This document shows positions 1-13,170 of a stretch of DNA of 64,000 bases, piece by piece; position 1 is the stretch's first letter; each line of letters opens with the position of its first letter. Below the pieces are notes generated by a model that saw only the letters and a program-made list of their open reading frames with translations, did not search any database and was not told the DNA's origin. Origin of the DNA: an uncultured Candidatus Binatia bacterium (GTDB taxonomy: Bacteria > Desulfobacterota > Binatia > UBA9968 > JAJDTQ01); assembly GCA_965213675.1 (NCBI GenBank), contig OZ243916.1, positions 896,001-960,000 of the forward strand, given 5' to 3'. A program made the translations under genes and the position numbers.

Positions 1-519
1 CTCAACGTGGAGCTGCAGAAACGCCTCAACGCCGGCGCCGAGCCCCAGGTAAGCCGTTTCGGGTGGAGCTATGCGCCCCGCGACAAGGTCATTCAGACCG
101 TCAACAACTACGACAAGGATGTCTTCAACGGCGACATCGGCCAAGTATCCCAGGTGGACCTGGACGAGGGGCAGCTTCACGTCCTGTTCGACGACCGCAC
201 CGTGCCCTACGACTTCACCGAACTGGATGAAATCGCCTTGGCCTACGCCACTTCGGTGCACAAGAGCCAGGGCTCCGAGTATCCCGCCGTGGTGATCCCA
301 TTGGCCATGCAGCACTACCTGCTGCTGCAGCGCAACCTGATCTACACCGCGGTGACCCGCGGCAAGCGCCTCGTGGTCATCATCGGCCAGACCCGCGCCC
401 TCCGCATGGCGGTGGAAAACGCCCGCGCCACGCGCCGCCTCACCAACCTCTCGGCCCGTCTCGCAGGGGCGACCGGCGGTCGCCCTGGCCGGCCACCACG
501 CGAGGAAGGCTCCGGATGA
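1..519 (+). CDS. recD2: ATP-dependent RecD-like DNA helicase (RecD2), C-terminal part; truncated by window start
   Basis: NNYDKDVFNGDIG, LAYATSVHKSQGSEY and RNLIYTAVTR are SF1B helicase C-terminal motifs; frame is open from base 1. Confidence 0.9.
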   Translation, partial: LNVELQKRLNAGAEPQVSRFGWSYAPRDKVIQTVNNYDKDVFNGDIGQVSQVDLDEGQLHVLFDDRTVPYDFTELDEIALAYATSVHKSQGSEYPAVVIPLAMQHYLLLQRNLIYTAVTRGKRLVVIIGQTRALRMAVENARATRRLTNLSARLAGATGGRPGRPPREEGSG

Positions 520-595
520 AGCCCAGGGGTGACGTAACGCAGCCGGCGGCAAAACAGCAGATTCGTCAACGTATTTCCCAAACGCCAAACCAGGC
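463..595. repeat. Composite REP/MITE-derived palindromic repeat overlapping the recD2 3' end
   Basis: GCAGGGGCGACCGGCGGTCGCCCT hairpin (463-486), then CCACGCGAGGAAG...AACGCAGCCGGCGGCAAAA...GTCAACGT...AAACGCCA; resembles the 9930-10088 element and the reverse complement of 16609-16730. Confidence 0.6.
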
Positions 596-714
596 TCGAG
601 ACCAACGGTGATGGGCTTGCCGATCCATCGTTCGGTTCCTGGAGCGGATTATTTGACAGTCCGCGCGTCTTTCGAGTACAGCACAGCGGGACGGCACGAC
701 GAGGTGAACCAACC

Positions 715-2163
715 ATGAAGACACTCATTCAAGGCGGCTGGGTGGTGGGCTACGACGGCCGCGGCCACGAGCTGCTGCCTGACGGTGTGGTGGTGTACGA
801 AGACGACCACATCGTCCACGTGGGTTACGGCTTTGACGGACCGGTGGAACGCACCATCGACGCGCGCGGGCGGCTCGTCAGCCCGGGGCTCATCAACTGC
901 CACATCCACGCGGGCACCAACGCCCGCCACGTCATGCTGAACGACGCCAGCAAGGCCGACTACCTGGGGATGAATTTCCTTTCCTACGGGGCCATGCGGC
1001 GCGGCGCCAAGGGCATGGGGCCGCCACCTCGTGCCGACGTCGAGGGGAAGTTCGGCGTGTGGGCGGCCATGCGCGGCGGCGCCACCACCATCCTGGACGT
1101 GGGCACCCGCGGGACCATGATCGAGGGTTTCACCGAGATGATCGGGGAGTTGGGCGCCCGCGCCTACCTCGGCGCCGGCTATCGCAGCGCCGCCTACGTA
1201 CTCGACGATCAGGGCCGCATTCAGTGGGACTGGAACGAGGCCAACGGCGAACAGGGGCTGGCGCAGGCCGTGGCATACGCGAAGCAATACGACGGCGCCC
1301 ACAGCGGACGCATCCGCGCCATGCTCTATCCCGGACAACTGGACACCTGCACGCCCGAGCTGCTCCAGGCCACCAAGCGCGCCGCGGGAGAACTGGGCAT
1401 CGGAATCCAGCTTCATACCGCCATGAACATCGTGGAGTTCCAGTCGAGCCTGCGCCAGCGCGGGGTGACGCCGATCCAGTACCTTCACGACCTCGGGTTC
1501 CTGGGCGAGGAGATCATCCTGGGACACTGCGTCTTTCACGGCCGGCACTCGTGGTGCCATTACCCCTATGTCGACGATCTGGCGATCCTGGGGGACAGCG
1601 GCGCCTCGGTAGCCCACGCCCCTTACAAGTACGCCAAGATGGGCATCGCGCTGGAATCCTTTGACGCCTACCGCCAGCGCGGTATCAACGTCGTGCTGGG
1701 CACGGACACCTTCCCCCAGGACATGGTGCATGAGATGCGCCTGGCCGGCCTGGCCTGCCGCCTGGTGGAAGGAAGCTTCCGCGCAGGCAAGCCCTATGAC
1801 GTCTACAACGCCGCCACCCTTGGGGCCGCCAAGGCCCTGAGGCGCGACGACCTGGGACGGCTGGCGCCGGGCGCCAAGGCCGACATGATCCTCGTGGACC
1901 TGGGCCGCACCCACTTCGGCGCCGTGCGCGACCCCATCAAGTCCCTGGTGGAGGGCGGCAGCGGCAGCGACATTCAAACCATCATCGTGGACGGGGAGAC
2001 GCTGCTGGAAGACGGCCGCGCCACGCGTTTCGATGAAGCCGGGTTGCTGGCCCGGATCCAGGAAGGCGCCGGACCGCTGTGGGACTCGGTGCCGGAATGG
2101 CGCGCCCTGGGCGAGACCATCGATGACGTGGCCCCCATGAGCTACCCGGTGCGGCCGCGCTGA
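715..2163 (+). CDS. Metal-dependent amidohydrolase (chlorohydrolase/deaminase family)
   Basis: PGLINCHIH (HxH), QLHTAM, LGHC, LGTD and GAKAD motifs; GAGGTG RBS upstream. Confidence 0.85.
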   Translation: MKTLIQGGWVVGYDGRGHELLPDGVVVYEDDHIVHVGYGFDGPVERTIDARGRLVSPGLINCHIHAGTNARHVMLNDASKADYLGMNFLSYGAMRRGAKGMGPPPRADVEGKFGVWAAMRGGATTILDVGTRGTMIEGFTEMIGELGARAYLGAGYRSAAYVLDDQGRIQWDWNEANGEQGLAQAVAYAKQYDGAHSGRIRAMLYPGQLDTCTPELLQATKRAAGELGIGIQLHTAMNIVEFQSSLRQRGVTPIQYLHDLGFLGEEIILGHCVFHGRHSWCHYPYVDDLAILGDSGASVAHAPYKYAKMGIALESFDAYRQRGINVVLGTDTFPQDMVHEMRLAGLACRLVEGSFRAGKPYDVYNAATLGAAKALRRDDLGRLAPGAKADMILVDLGRTHFGAVRDPIKSLVEGGSGSDIQTIIVDGETLLEDGRATRFDEAGLLARIQEGAGPLWDSVPEWRALGETIDDVAPMSYPVRPR

Positions 2164-2266
2164 AACGCCGGTCGCCTCAGCGAAGCGTCCATCCGGCGAG
2201 GACAACGGGAACAGGCCGCCAGGCCCATCCGCCCCTTGTGGACACGAAGCGTCCGAGGAGGCCGTC

Positions 2267-3070
2267 GTGCCGACCATCGAAAGACAAGGCGTCACACTCT
2301 ACTACGAAGCCCACGGCGCGGGCCGTCCGTTCCTGTTCCTCAGCGAGACGGCGTGCCACTGTGACGTGTGGAAACTCCACCAGGTACCCGAGTTCTCCCG
2401 CGACCATCAGGTGATTCTGTGCGACTACCGCGGCACCGGCCGTTCGACGTCGCCGTCAGAGCCTTACAGCGTCACGGACTTCGCTGACGACGCGGCCGCG
2501 GTCCTGGAACACCTGGGCGCGCGCGACGCCATCGTATGCGGCCATTCCATGGGCGCTTCGGTGGCCCAGATCATGGCCCTGGATCACGCCGACCGGGTCT
2601 CCGCGCTGATCTGCGCGTCTGGCCGGGCGTCCAACCCGACACCGGGCATCCCGCTACGCATCGCCAGAGAGATGGTGGAGTGGGGTTACAGAGGGTACCT
2701 GCGCGAGCACGGCATCGCCGTGGGCTTCACCGATGCGTTCGTCCAGCGATACCCGCACCGCGTGGAGGGCTACCTGGCGGTGCGCATGGCGCACCTCAAC
2801 CCGGTGGAACAATATTTTCGCCACGTCATCGCGCGCCAGGCCCACGACGTGAAGGGACGCCTCAGCGAGATCCGCATGCCCGCGTTGATCCTGGTGGGCG
2901 CGGACGAGCACAACGTCACCAGCGACACATCCTTGCGGCAGGCCGCCGACGTGTTGGCCGCCGGAATTCCGGGAGCGGCATTCGTGGAACTCAAGGACGA
3001 GAGGCACAGCTATTTCTTCGTGAACCCCGACGCGGCCCACGCCGCCATCCGGAGGTTCCTGGCCTCTTGA
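2267..3070 (+). CDS. Alpha/beta fold hydrolase
   Basis: DYRGTGRS and GHSMG nucleophile elbow; C-terminal His. Confidence 0.85.
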   Translation: MPTIERQGVTLYYEAHGAGRPFLFLSETACHCDVWKLHQVPEFSRDHQVILCDYRGTGRSTSPSEPYSVTDFADDAAAVLEHLGARDAIVCGHSMGASVAQIMALDHADRVSALICASGRASNPTPGIPLRIAREMVEWGYRGYLREHGIAVGFTDAFVQRYPHRVEGYLAVRMAHLNPVEQYFRHVIARQAHDVKGRLSEIRMPALILVGADEHNVTSDTSLRQAADVLAAGIPGAAFVELKDERHSYFFVNPDAAHAAIRRFLAS

Positions 3071-3140
3071 CCGGGAACCGGCCGGCGCGGCGCTACGCCG
3101 CCCTGACGCCGCCGCCGACGCGGCCGGCGGGAGAACAAGG

Positions 3141-3575
3141 ATGAACGCGATCTTTCAAACGGAACCGAACCTGGCCTTCGTGGTCCTGCGCCTGGGCCTC
3201 GCCGTGACCTTCTTTGCCCACGGCTCGATGCATCTCTTCGGCTGGTTCGGCGGCCGGGGCATCAAGGGACAGACCGGCAATTGGCGCGACAAGTATCACA
3301 TTCCCGTGTGGGTGGGCGTCATCGGCATTCTCGCCGAAGCGCTCAGCGTGCCGGGAATGATCCTGGGGTTCTTTACCCGCCCGCTGGCGTTGGGGTTGCT
3401 CATCTTCCTCGCCATCGCCACCTGGAAAAGTCACGTGGAGTTCGGCTTTTTCCTCTCCGGCGGCGGCCGCAAGGGCATGGGCATCGAGTACTGCCTGGCC
3501 CTCATGCTGATGGCGCTGGCGCTCCTCATCGGCGGCGCCGGAGCGCTGTCCATCGACGGGATGCTGGCTGGATAG
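3141..3575 (+). CDS. DoxX family membrane protein
   Basis: LRLGLAVTFFAHG, GIEY and GAGALSIDG; four hydrophobic segments. Confidence 0.85.
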   Translation: MNAIFQTEPNLAFVVLRLGLAVTFFAHGSMHLFGWFGGRGIKGQTGNWRDKYHIPVWVGVIGILAEALSVPGMILGFFTRPLALGLLIFLAIATWKSHVEFGFFLSGGGRKGMGIEYCLALMLMALALLIGGAGALSIDGMLAG

Positions 3576-3876
3576 GATCGCTGCGCGACTCCCGGGGACT
3601 CCGGGGAGTTGTCCGCCCCTCGGCCGAGCCTGCATGAGGTGTCAGGTAGTGGGATCTCCGGCGGCGTGAGCCCGATGACGTGCATCCCGGGTGCGGCGCT
3701 GCCGGGAATGCGTCTCTTGGCGGCCTCCTGCGCCAACCATTTTTCCCCGTGGTGGCGCGGCGCCACTGCTCGGATGGGAGACCAGTGCTGGTCGAGTCCA
3801 TGGGACACGACCAGCGCCGGCGGAGGTGCAAGTCGCCGGCAACGTTCGCTTCGAGATCAACGGAGTTCCCCGCCGG

Positions 3877-4161
3877 TTACGAGGTCCGCTTCCGCGAACC
3901 GGGCGCGGTTGAGCGCTGGGTTCGACGGCCTCCGGTTCGGGAGGCCTCCGTGGATTCGGTGCGCTTTCCTTTCCGGGTCTTGCGCGCCGCGCGCCGGCGG
4001 CGCACCCAGGCGATGAGCCTCCTGTAGACGATCCAACCGGCCACGGCGGCGATCCAGACCGGGGCGCTGGTCTGGAGGATCACGTCCCGGTCCCGGTAGA
4101 GCAGAAAACAGAGCAGGGTCCAGCCGACGCTGAGCCACAGGAGAACGATGGCGGAACGCAT
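3877..4161 (-). CDS. Small hypothetical membrane protein
   Basis: MRSAIVLLWLSVGWTLLCFLLY...PVWIAAVAGWIVYRR: two TM-like segments and a basic tail, immediately downstream of the molybdoenzyme gene. Confidence 0.4.
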   Translation of the reverse strand: MRSAIVLLWLSVGWTLLCFLLYRDRDVILQTSAPVWIAAVAGWIVYRRLIAWVRRRRAARKTRKGKRTESTEASRTGGRRTQRSTAPGSRKRTS

Positions 4162-4189
4162 GAGTTCTGAGAGGGCGGATGTTGCCGTT

Positions 4190-7652
<3,463 letters not shown>

Positions 7653-8528
7653 TCATCGGGTTTCCCGCACCCGCGCGGCATCGGGAATACCCGGCCGACC
7701 CCACCGCGCTCGCGTTCCACGTTTCCCGGCGCCTTCGCGGAGAATGCGCTGGATTCGCTGCAGCCCCCCGCCGTCCTCGGCTTCCAGGCGAACCCCTGGG
7801 GGCAGCCGCTCGATGCGTTCCCGCAAGTTGGCGATACGAGCCGACGTCGCCGGATGGCTCGACAGAAAGCCCGGCGCGGAGCGGCCTTTCTCCTGGCGCA
7901 GCGTTTCAAGGAAGCTGACGAGCCCGCGCGGATCGTAGCCCGCCCGGTACAGGAGGTCCAAGGCAACGGCGTCGGCTTCATGCTCGGCCTCGCGGCTGAA
8001 GGTATTGAGATATCCCATGGCCGCCACCCCCCCGGCAGCAGCGGTGGCCCGGCCCGCGCCGGTGCCCGCGGCCATACGGACAGCGGCCGCGCCCGCCCGC
8101 CGCACAATGTGGGTGGCGATGGCGCGACTGAAGTTGCGGGCAACGTGGCGCTTGACCACATGCGCGATCTCGTGGGCGATGACCCCGGCGAGTTCGCTCA
8201 CGTTGCGCGCCTTGAGCAGGGTGCCGGTGTAAAGGTAGATGTGGCCCGCCGGAGCGGCAAACGCATTGACCTCTCTTCCAGGGATAACCTGGAAGGTGCA
8301 AGTGAACGGCTGGGGTCCCGCCTGACGGAGAAGCCTCGTGCCGATGGCGGAAATGTACCGCGCAACGGTGGGGTCGCGCACCAAGTCGGTATTTTGCTCG
8401 AAGTTGCGCGAGAAGTCGGCGCCCAGTCTGCGCTCGTCGTCGACGCTCAAGGGGGCACAGGCCCCCAAAAACGTGGCCACCAGCAGCAGGGATCCCAGCG
8501 CCGACCGGACAGTTCCGGGAAAACGCAT
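7653..8528 (-). CDS. M48 family Zn metalloprotease (probable lipoprotein)
   Basis: VNAFAAPAG, HEIAH (HExxH), FSREAEHEAD, SSHP; lipobox-like LGAC. Confidence 0.9.
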   Translation of the reverse strand: MRFPGTVRSALGSLLLVATFLGACAPLSVDDERRLGADFSRNFEQNTDLVRDPTVARYISAIGTRLLRQAGPQPFTCTFQVIPGREVNAFAAPAGHIYLYTGTLLKARNVSELAGVIAHEIAHVVKRHVARNFSRAIATHIVRRAGAAAVRMAAGTGAGRATAAAGGVAAMGYLNTFSREAEHEADAVALDLLYRAGYDPRGLVSFLETLRQEKGRSAPGFLSSHPATSARIANLRERIERLPPGVRLEAEDGGGLQRIQRILREGAGKRGTRARWGRPGIPDAARVRETR

Positions 8529-8655
8529 CGCCCAAGACTAGCCGCCGCAACCTTCCCTTTCAAGCTTGGCTGGCGCATCTCGGACCTGGCCGCGGAGCGG
8601 TAGCTCACCGCCGGGGGATTTCCCCAACGCCTTCGGTTGCGTTAGAATCCGCACC

Positions 8656-9348
8656 ATGGCTCCCGATCCAAAAAAGCTGGCTGGCAGGCATGCCGCGGAG
8701 TATGTCACGCACGACATGATCGTAGGCTTGGGAACCGGCTCAACGGCTTGGTTCGCCATCGAACGGCTGGCCGAGAGGATCCGTGAGGAGTCATTGCGCA
8801 TCCGCTGCATCCCCACGTCCGAGCGTTCGGCAACCCTGGCGCGGGAACTGCACATTCCCCTCACCGGCTTCGGGGATGTGCTGCACGTGGATATCACCAT
8901 CGACGGCGCGGACGAGGTCGACCCCGCGTTCAACCTCATCAAGGGCGGCGGCGGAGCGCTCCTGCGCGAGAAGTTCGTTGCCTCCGCCAGCGCAACCGAG
9001 TTGATCATCGTTGACGAGAGCAAGTTGAAGGAGCGACTCGGGGCCTTCCCCCTGCCCGTGGAGGTGACGCCGTTCGGCTGGCAACTGACGCGGCAACGCC
9101 TGCGGGACCTTGGCTGCGACGCGCGTTTTCGCTCGTCCGGCAACGGCCCCTTCGTGACCGACAACGGCAACTACATCCTGGACTGCTCGTTCGGAGTCAT
9201 CCACAACCCGCCCGCGCTGGAGCGTAAGATCGTCGGAACCTGTGGTGTGGTGGAGTGCGGCATCTTCAGCGGGCTCGCCACCCGTGTCATCATCGGCAAG
9301 TCCGACGGGAGTCTGGAGGAGCGGACGGAGCCCGGGAAGCCCGCATGA
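8656..9348 (+). CDS. rpiA: Ribose-5-phosphate isomerase A
   Basis: GLGTGST, DGADEVD, KGGGGALLREK, TDNGN. Confidence 0.96.
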   Translation: MAPDPKKLAGRHAAEYVTHDMIVGLGTGSTAWFAIERLAERIREESLRIRCIPTSERSATLARELHIPLTGFGDVLHVDITIDGADEVDPAFNLIKGGGGALLREKFVASASATELIIVDESKLKERLGAFPLPVEVTPFGWQLTRQRLRDLGCDARFRSSGNGPFVTDNGNYILDCSFGVIHNPPALERKIVGTCGVVECGIFSGLATRVIIGKSDGSLEERTEPGKPA

Positions 9349-9357
9349 CCGGACCGG

Positions 9358-9684
9358 CTACCAGCGGTTCCGGCCTCCGCCGCCGCCGCGGTTGTCGCCA
9401 AATCCACCGCGGTTGTCGCCGAAGCCGCCGCGGCGTTCCTGAGGACGCGCCTCGCTGACCGTGAGCTTGCGTCCCCCCAATTCCGAGTCGTGCAGAGCCT
9501 CGACGGCCTGTTGCGCCTCGTCCCCCGATGACATTTCCACGAAGCCGAATCCCCGCGAGCGGCCCGTGAACTTGTCGGTGATGATGCGGGCGGACACCAC
9601 GGTGCCGTGCGCGGCAAACACGTCCTGGAGTTGATCTTCCGTCGTCGAATAGGGCAGGCCGCCCACGTACAGCTTTTCGTTCAT
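9358..9684 (-). CDS. RRM RNA-binding protein with Gly-rich tail
   Basis: LYVGGL (RNP2) and RGFGFVEM (RNP1); GGFGDNR repeated twice in the tail. Confidence 0.93.
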   Translation of the reverse strand: MNEKLYVGGLPYSTTEDQLQDVFAAHGTVVSARIITDKFTGRSRGFGFVEMSSGDEAQQAVEALHDSELGGRKLTVSEARPQERRGGFGDNRGGFGDNRGGGGGRNRW

Positions 9685-9835
9685 GCTTTCCTCCGTTCTT
9701 CTTCTTTTCAACCCCGCGACAGTACACGATGAAAGCCGAACGCTTGCGTAACGATCAAGGCTCCCGAACCGGCTTGGGTCTTGCACGGTCTCTCACAAGG
9801 CCAAAAGATTTCGTTCATTGGTAGACCCGAAGTCT

Positions 9836-9887
9836 CTTATATTTTCCTGCCAGCCTCTTTGTCAACTGAATCATGTCAACTGAATCA
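9836..9887 (-). promoter_or_regulatory. Putative sigma70 promoter of the RRM gene with a tandemly duplicated -35 region
   Basis: Minus strand TTGACA-N18-TATAAG; perfect 14-bp tandem TGTCAACTGAATCA at 9860-9873 and 9874-9887. Confidence 0.55.
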
Positions 9888-9929
9888 ACCGCGAATCGCA
9901 AATTGCATTCGCAAATGGATCACCGCCTA

Positions 9930-10088
9930 GTGTGGTGTCTGGTTAATTCGGGTCATGATCTGCGGAGGATTTTTTGTTGTCGGCAAGGCGCGATGACGAG
10001 CAGTGGCGTGTACCACGCGAGGAAGAGCAACGCAGCCGACGGCGAAATAGACCCGCAGATTATGACCCGAATTAACCAGACACCACAC
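9930..10088. mobile_element. MITE-like element (159 bp) with 36-bp terminal inverted repeats
   Basis: 9930-9965 GTGTGGTGTCTGGTTAATTCGGGTCATGATCTGCGG vs 10053-10088, 1 mismatch; CTAG/CCAG at the junctions; no transposase. Confidence 0.8.
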
Positions 10089-10092
10089 CAGG

Positions 10093-11256
10093 TCAAGAAC
10101 GCAACAACCTGTACCAGAGAGGCGTGCCCAGGGCCACCAGGAGGAAGAAAGCGCCGGCACCGGTGAACATCCATGCAAAACCCCACGTATCGGCCGCCCA
10201 GCCGAGGGCCAGTGGAAGGACCATGGGCGACATGTTCCAGCCAAGTCCGGTGGCTGCCATCACCGCCGAACGATCATCGGCGCGGCTGAGATCCACCGCC
10301 TGCACCTGGTTGAGGAGATCCGCCACCGCTCCGGCCATGCCCAGGCCGCCGATGCAAAGACACAGAAGCAGCCACCCCTCGCTCCAGGCGCTGGCCAGGA
10401 TGCACAGACCCAACCCGGCCATGCTGACCGCGTAGAAACCCTTTTCCCTTTCAATGGTAATCTCCGCGCCCAGGCCCAGGCCGATGGCCACCGGGCCGAC
10501 GGAGCGCACTGCGATGAGCACGCTGATCCAGCCTTCGGGGAAGGCGAGGCCGCTCATGTAGACCGGGTAGATGGACTGGGTGATGCCGAAGGGCACGGCC
10601 GCCGCGCACGAAGTGGAGATGAGCAGCCAGGTCCTGCCGCGGAGCAGGCGGCGGCTCATTCCCAAGGTGGTCTCCCACACGGAACGCCCGCCATGCACGC
10701 GGATGGGCGGGAGCACGAAGCCCAGCAACATGCCAAAGATCGACACCACGGTCACCAGCGCGAAGGTGTAGCCGTATCCCAACCAGCCCGCGAGAACTCC
10801 GCCCAGGGCCAAGCCCAACAACTGACCCGTGTAGTTGGCCGCCGACAGTTGCCCGAGCATCTTGCCGGGATAGCGACTGGAGAGCTGGCTCGCCATGGAC
10901 TGGGCCGGGACCCAGAACATGCTGCGCGAAAGGTTCGCCAAGGTGCTGGACAGCATCAGCGAGAAGAAGCCACCCGCGAGGGCCAGCGTGACCGCCGCCA
11001 GCACGTTCAGCGAATAGCACGCCTGGAGCATGCGATGCTCGCCGTAGCGGTCGGCCAGCGCGCCGCCGACGAAGCGCATGACGATGGTCAGCAAGTAGGG
11101 AAGCCCCACCAGAGACCCGATGTCGAGCACGGAGAGTCCCAGACTCACGCCGACGAGCGGCGTGAGCACGAACAACATGCCGTTGCCCAGGTTCCACAGA
11201 AGCGCGCCCGTGAAGAGGATTCCGCGCGCCGGTCGGATGCGGCCCGAATCGTTCAT
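10093..11256 (-). CDS. MFS transporter
   Basis: About 12 hydrophobic segments; GALADRYGEHR motif A; start trimmed to MNDSG. Confidence 0.88.
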   Translation of the reverse strand: MNDSGRIRPARGILFTGALLWNLGNGMLFVLTPLVGVSLGLSVLDIGSLVGLPYLLTIVMRFVGGALADRYGEHRMLQACYSLNVLAAVTLALAGGFFSLMLSSTLANLSRSMFWVPAQSMASQLSSRYPGKMLGQLSAANYTGQLLGLALGGVLAGWLGYGYTFALVTVVSIFGMLLGFVLPPIRVHGGRSVWETTLGMSRRLLRGRTWLLISTSCAAAVPFGITQSIYPVYMSGLAFPEGWISVLIAVRSVGPVAIGLGLGAEITIEREKGFYAVSMAGLGLCILASAWSEGWLLLCLCIGGLGMAGAVADLLNQVQAVDLSRADDRSAVMAATGLGWNMSPMVLPLALGWAADTWGFAWMFTGAGAFFLLVALGTPLWYRLLRS

Positions 11257-11290
11257 CGAGACGAGGGACGTGCGGGTATCCGCCGCGCCC

Positions 11291-12427
11291 TCATCCGTCC
11301 CGATCCAGGGCGTAATAGGCCGCGCAGTTGTCCCACAGGATCCTGTGCTTGTCTTCCTCGCTGATGGTGGAGAGTTCAAGGAAGCTTGCCACCGCGTGGG
11401 GAAACTTGGAGTCGCCGTGGGGATAGTCGGTGGAGAACACGATGCGTTCGTTCCCCAGATAGTCGATGACATACTTGACCGGCGCCTCGTCGGGCTCGAC
11501 GGAAACGAAGCACTGACGCTTGAAGTACTCGCTCGGCAGCATGGCCAGGTCCGGCGACCACACGTCGGCCTCCCTCTCGCACGCCTCGTCCATGCGCCAG
11601 AGGAGCCACGGCAACCAGCCGCAGTTGGCTTCCAGAAAAGCCACTCTCAGGTTCGGATGCCGCGCCAGCACGCCACCCGCGCACATGCTGCCCATGGCAA
11701 GCATCTGCTCCACGGGCTGGGCGAAGACACGCCGCAACATGAAGTTGGGCTCGAACTGATCACCCACCTGGCGCACGCCCGAGGACGAGGACTCGTGCAG
11801 CCCCAGGGGCATGTGGAGTTCTTCCAGCGCGCTCCAAAGGGGTTCATAGCAGGGGTCGTGGAAGTTGTGGGCGTTGACCGGATTCGAGCGCATGAAGATG
11901 CCCCGGAAACCCAGTTCCCGGGCGCATCGGGTGGCTTCGGTCACGGCCGCATCCACATCGAAGGAAGACAGCATGCCGGCCCCCAGCAAGCGCGCGGGGT
12001 CGGCGGCGCAGAAATCGTGAAGCCAGTTGTTGTAGGCCCGCGCCACCGCGGCGGCAAACTCCGGCTCCATGTCCGCTTCGCTCAGCGCCTGGAGCCCGCG
12101 CGTGGGATAGAGTACCGCCACATCGATGCCTTCGATGTCCATGGCTTCCAGTTGCACCTCCGGCGTCCATCCGCGCTCCGCATGGGTACCGTAGATGCCC
12201 TGGTTCTTCTGAAAGTTGTGCCCCCGAGTGACGTTGCCGGCGTGGACCGCGGGAAGGCCCCACAGCCTTCCGTCCGGATGGACCATGCGCAGGTCGCGCA
12301 CGTTGTCGCTGGTGACCCCGCGCGGCGCGTAGGGCCTGAACTCCGGCTCCAGGTACGTCTCCCACAGATCCGGCGGCTCCATGATGTGCATGTCGCTGTC
12401 AAGCACCTGGTATCCATTCTTGGCCAT
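11291..12427 (-). CDS. Amidohydrolase_2 family protein
   Basis: DSDMHIMEP, AYNNWL, HPNLRVAFLEANCGW, FSTDYPH, WDNCAAYY. Confidence 0.9.
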   Translation of the reverse strand: MAKNGYQVLDSDMHIMEPPDLWETYLEPEFRPYAPRGVTSDNVRDLRMVHPDGRLWGLPAVHAGNVTRGHNFQKNQGIYGTHAERGWTPEVQLEAMDIEGIDVAVLYPTRGLQALSEADMEPEFAAAVARAYNNWLHDFCAADPARLLGAGMLSSFDVDAAVTEATRCARELGFRGIFMRSNPVNAHNFHDPCYEPLWSALEELHMPLGLHESSSSGVRQVGDQFEPNFMLRRVFAQPVEQMLAMGSMCAGGVLARHPNLRVAFLEANCGWLPWLLWRMDEACEREADVWSPDLAMLPSEYFKRQCFVSVEPDEAPVKYVIDYLGNERIVFSTDYPHGDSKFPHAVASFLELSTISEEDKHRILWDNCAAYYALDRDG

Positions 12428-12478
12428 CGGTTTCTCCCGTCGTGCCAGTGTTCATGGGTAAGAACGCCAGGACCCGGA

Positions 12479-12853
12479 CTATCCCTTCCACGCGCCCCAC
12501 GCCAAGCTGAGCCAGCCCAACAGGAAGGCGAGCCCGCCGATGGGTGTGATCGCGCCCAGCCAGCGGACGCCGGAAAGGCTCAGGACGTAAAGGCTGCCGG
12601 AGAACACCAGCGTACCGAAGACGAACGACCAGCCCGCCACCAGGAACTCCGGTCGGGGCCAACGCCCGAACGCCAGAGCCACCGCCACCAGTCCCAAGGC
12701 GTGGTACATGTGATAGCGCACGCCGACCTCGAAGATGTCGTACATCTCGACGGACAATCTGCCGCGCAGCGCGTGAGCGGCAAACGCGCCGAGCGCGACA
12801 CCGATGAACCCGGACAAGGAACCCAGCAGCAGGAACAGACGATCAGCGCCCAC
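12479..12853 (-). CDS. DUF423 (YgdD/TMEM256) membrane protein
   Basis: GVALGAFAAH, RYHMYHALG, FSGSLY, GAITPIGG; start inferred at GTG. Confidence 0.88.
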   Translation of the reverse strand: MGADRLFLLLGSLSGFIGVALGAFAAHALRGRLSVEMYDIFEVGVRYHMYHALGLVAVALAFGRWPRPEFLVAGWSFVFGTLVFSGSLYVLSLSGVRWLGAITPIGGLAFLLGWLSLAWGAWKG

Positions 12854-13074
12854 GGAAACTCCGGCGTATGGCTCTGGCCTTCGGCATGCGATGCCAAACA
12901 GGATAGCCGCCGGCCGTCCTCCCGAAGCCTTCGGAGGGGGTGCCCGAGCGACCCGCGTAGTCTTCCACACGGACACCGCGATTGCAACGCAGCCACAGGA
13001 ATGGCGCTCGGCAATACCCCGGCGCCTCCGCCATGCGCGGCGCTCCAAGACTCGACGGACCCTGGCGCCGGGGA

Positions 13075-13103
13075 TGGACAATTCAGTCGCCTTGGGCTAC
13101 TCT
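13075..13103 (+). promoter_or_regulatory. Putative sigma70 promoter of infA
   Basis: TGGACA-N17-TACTCT about 70 nt upstream of the ATG. Confidence 0.45.
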
Positions 13104-13170
13104 ATCGCAACACAAGCCGGGTTCGTTCGGATTTCGCGAAAGGGGGTTTGGTGCACGCCACACACGGTTT

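Noticed and set aside
3576-3876. Several short ORFs between doxX and the small membrane gene; possibly a decayed gene
   Set aside because: No frame has a convincing start, RBS or recognisable motif, so no call can be supported
9380-9433. 21-nt tandem repeat in the RRM gene
   Set aside because: It simply encodes the ordinary GGFGDNR Gly-rich tail
9873-10244. ORFs 9873-10166, 9927-10244 and 9953-10186
   Set aside because: Artefacts of the MITE's inverted repeats; the same peptide (LVWCLVNSGH) appears on both strands
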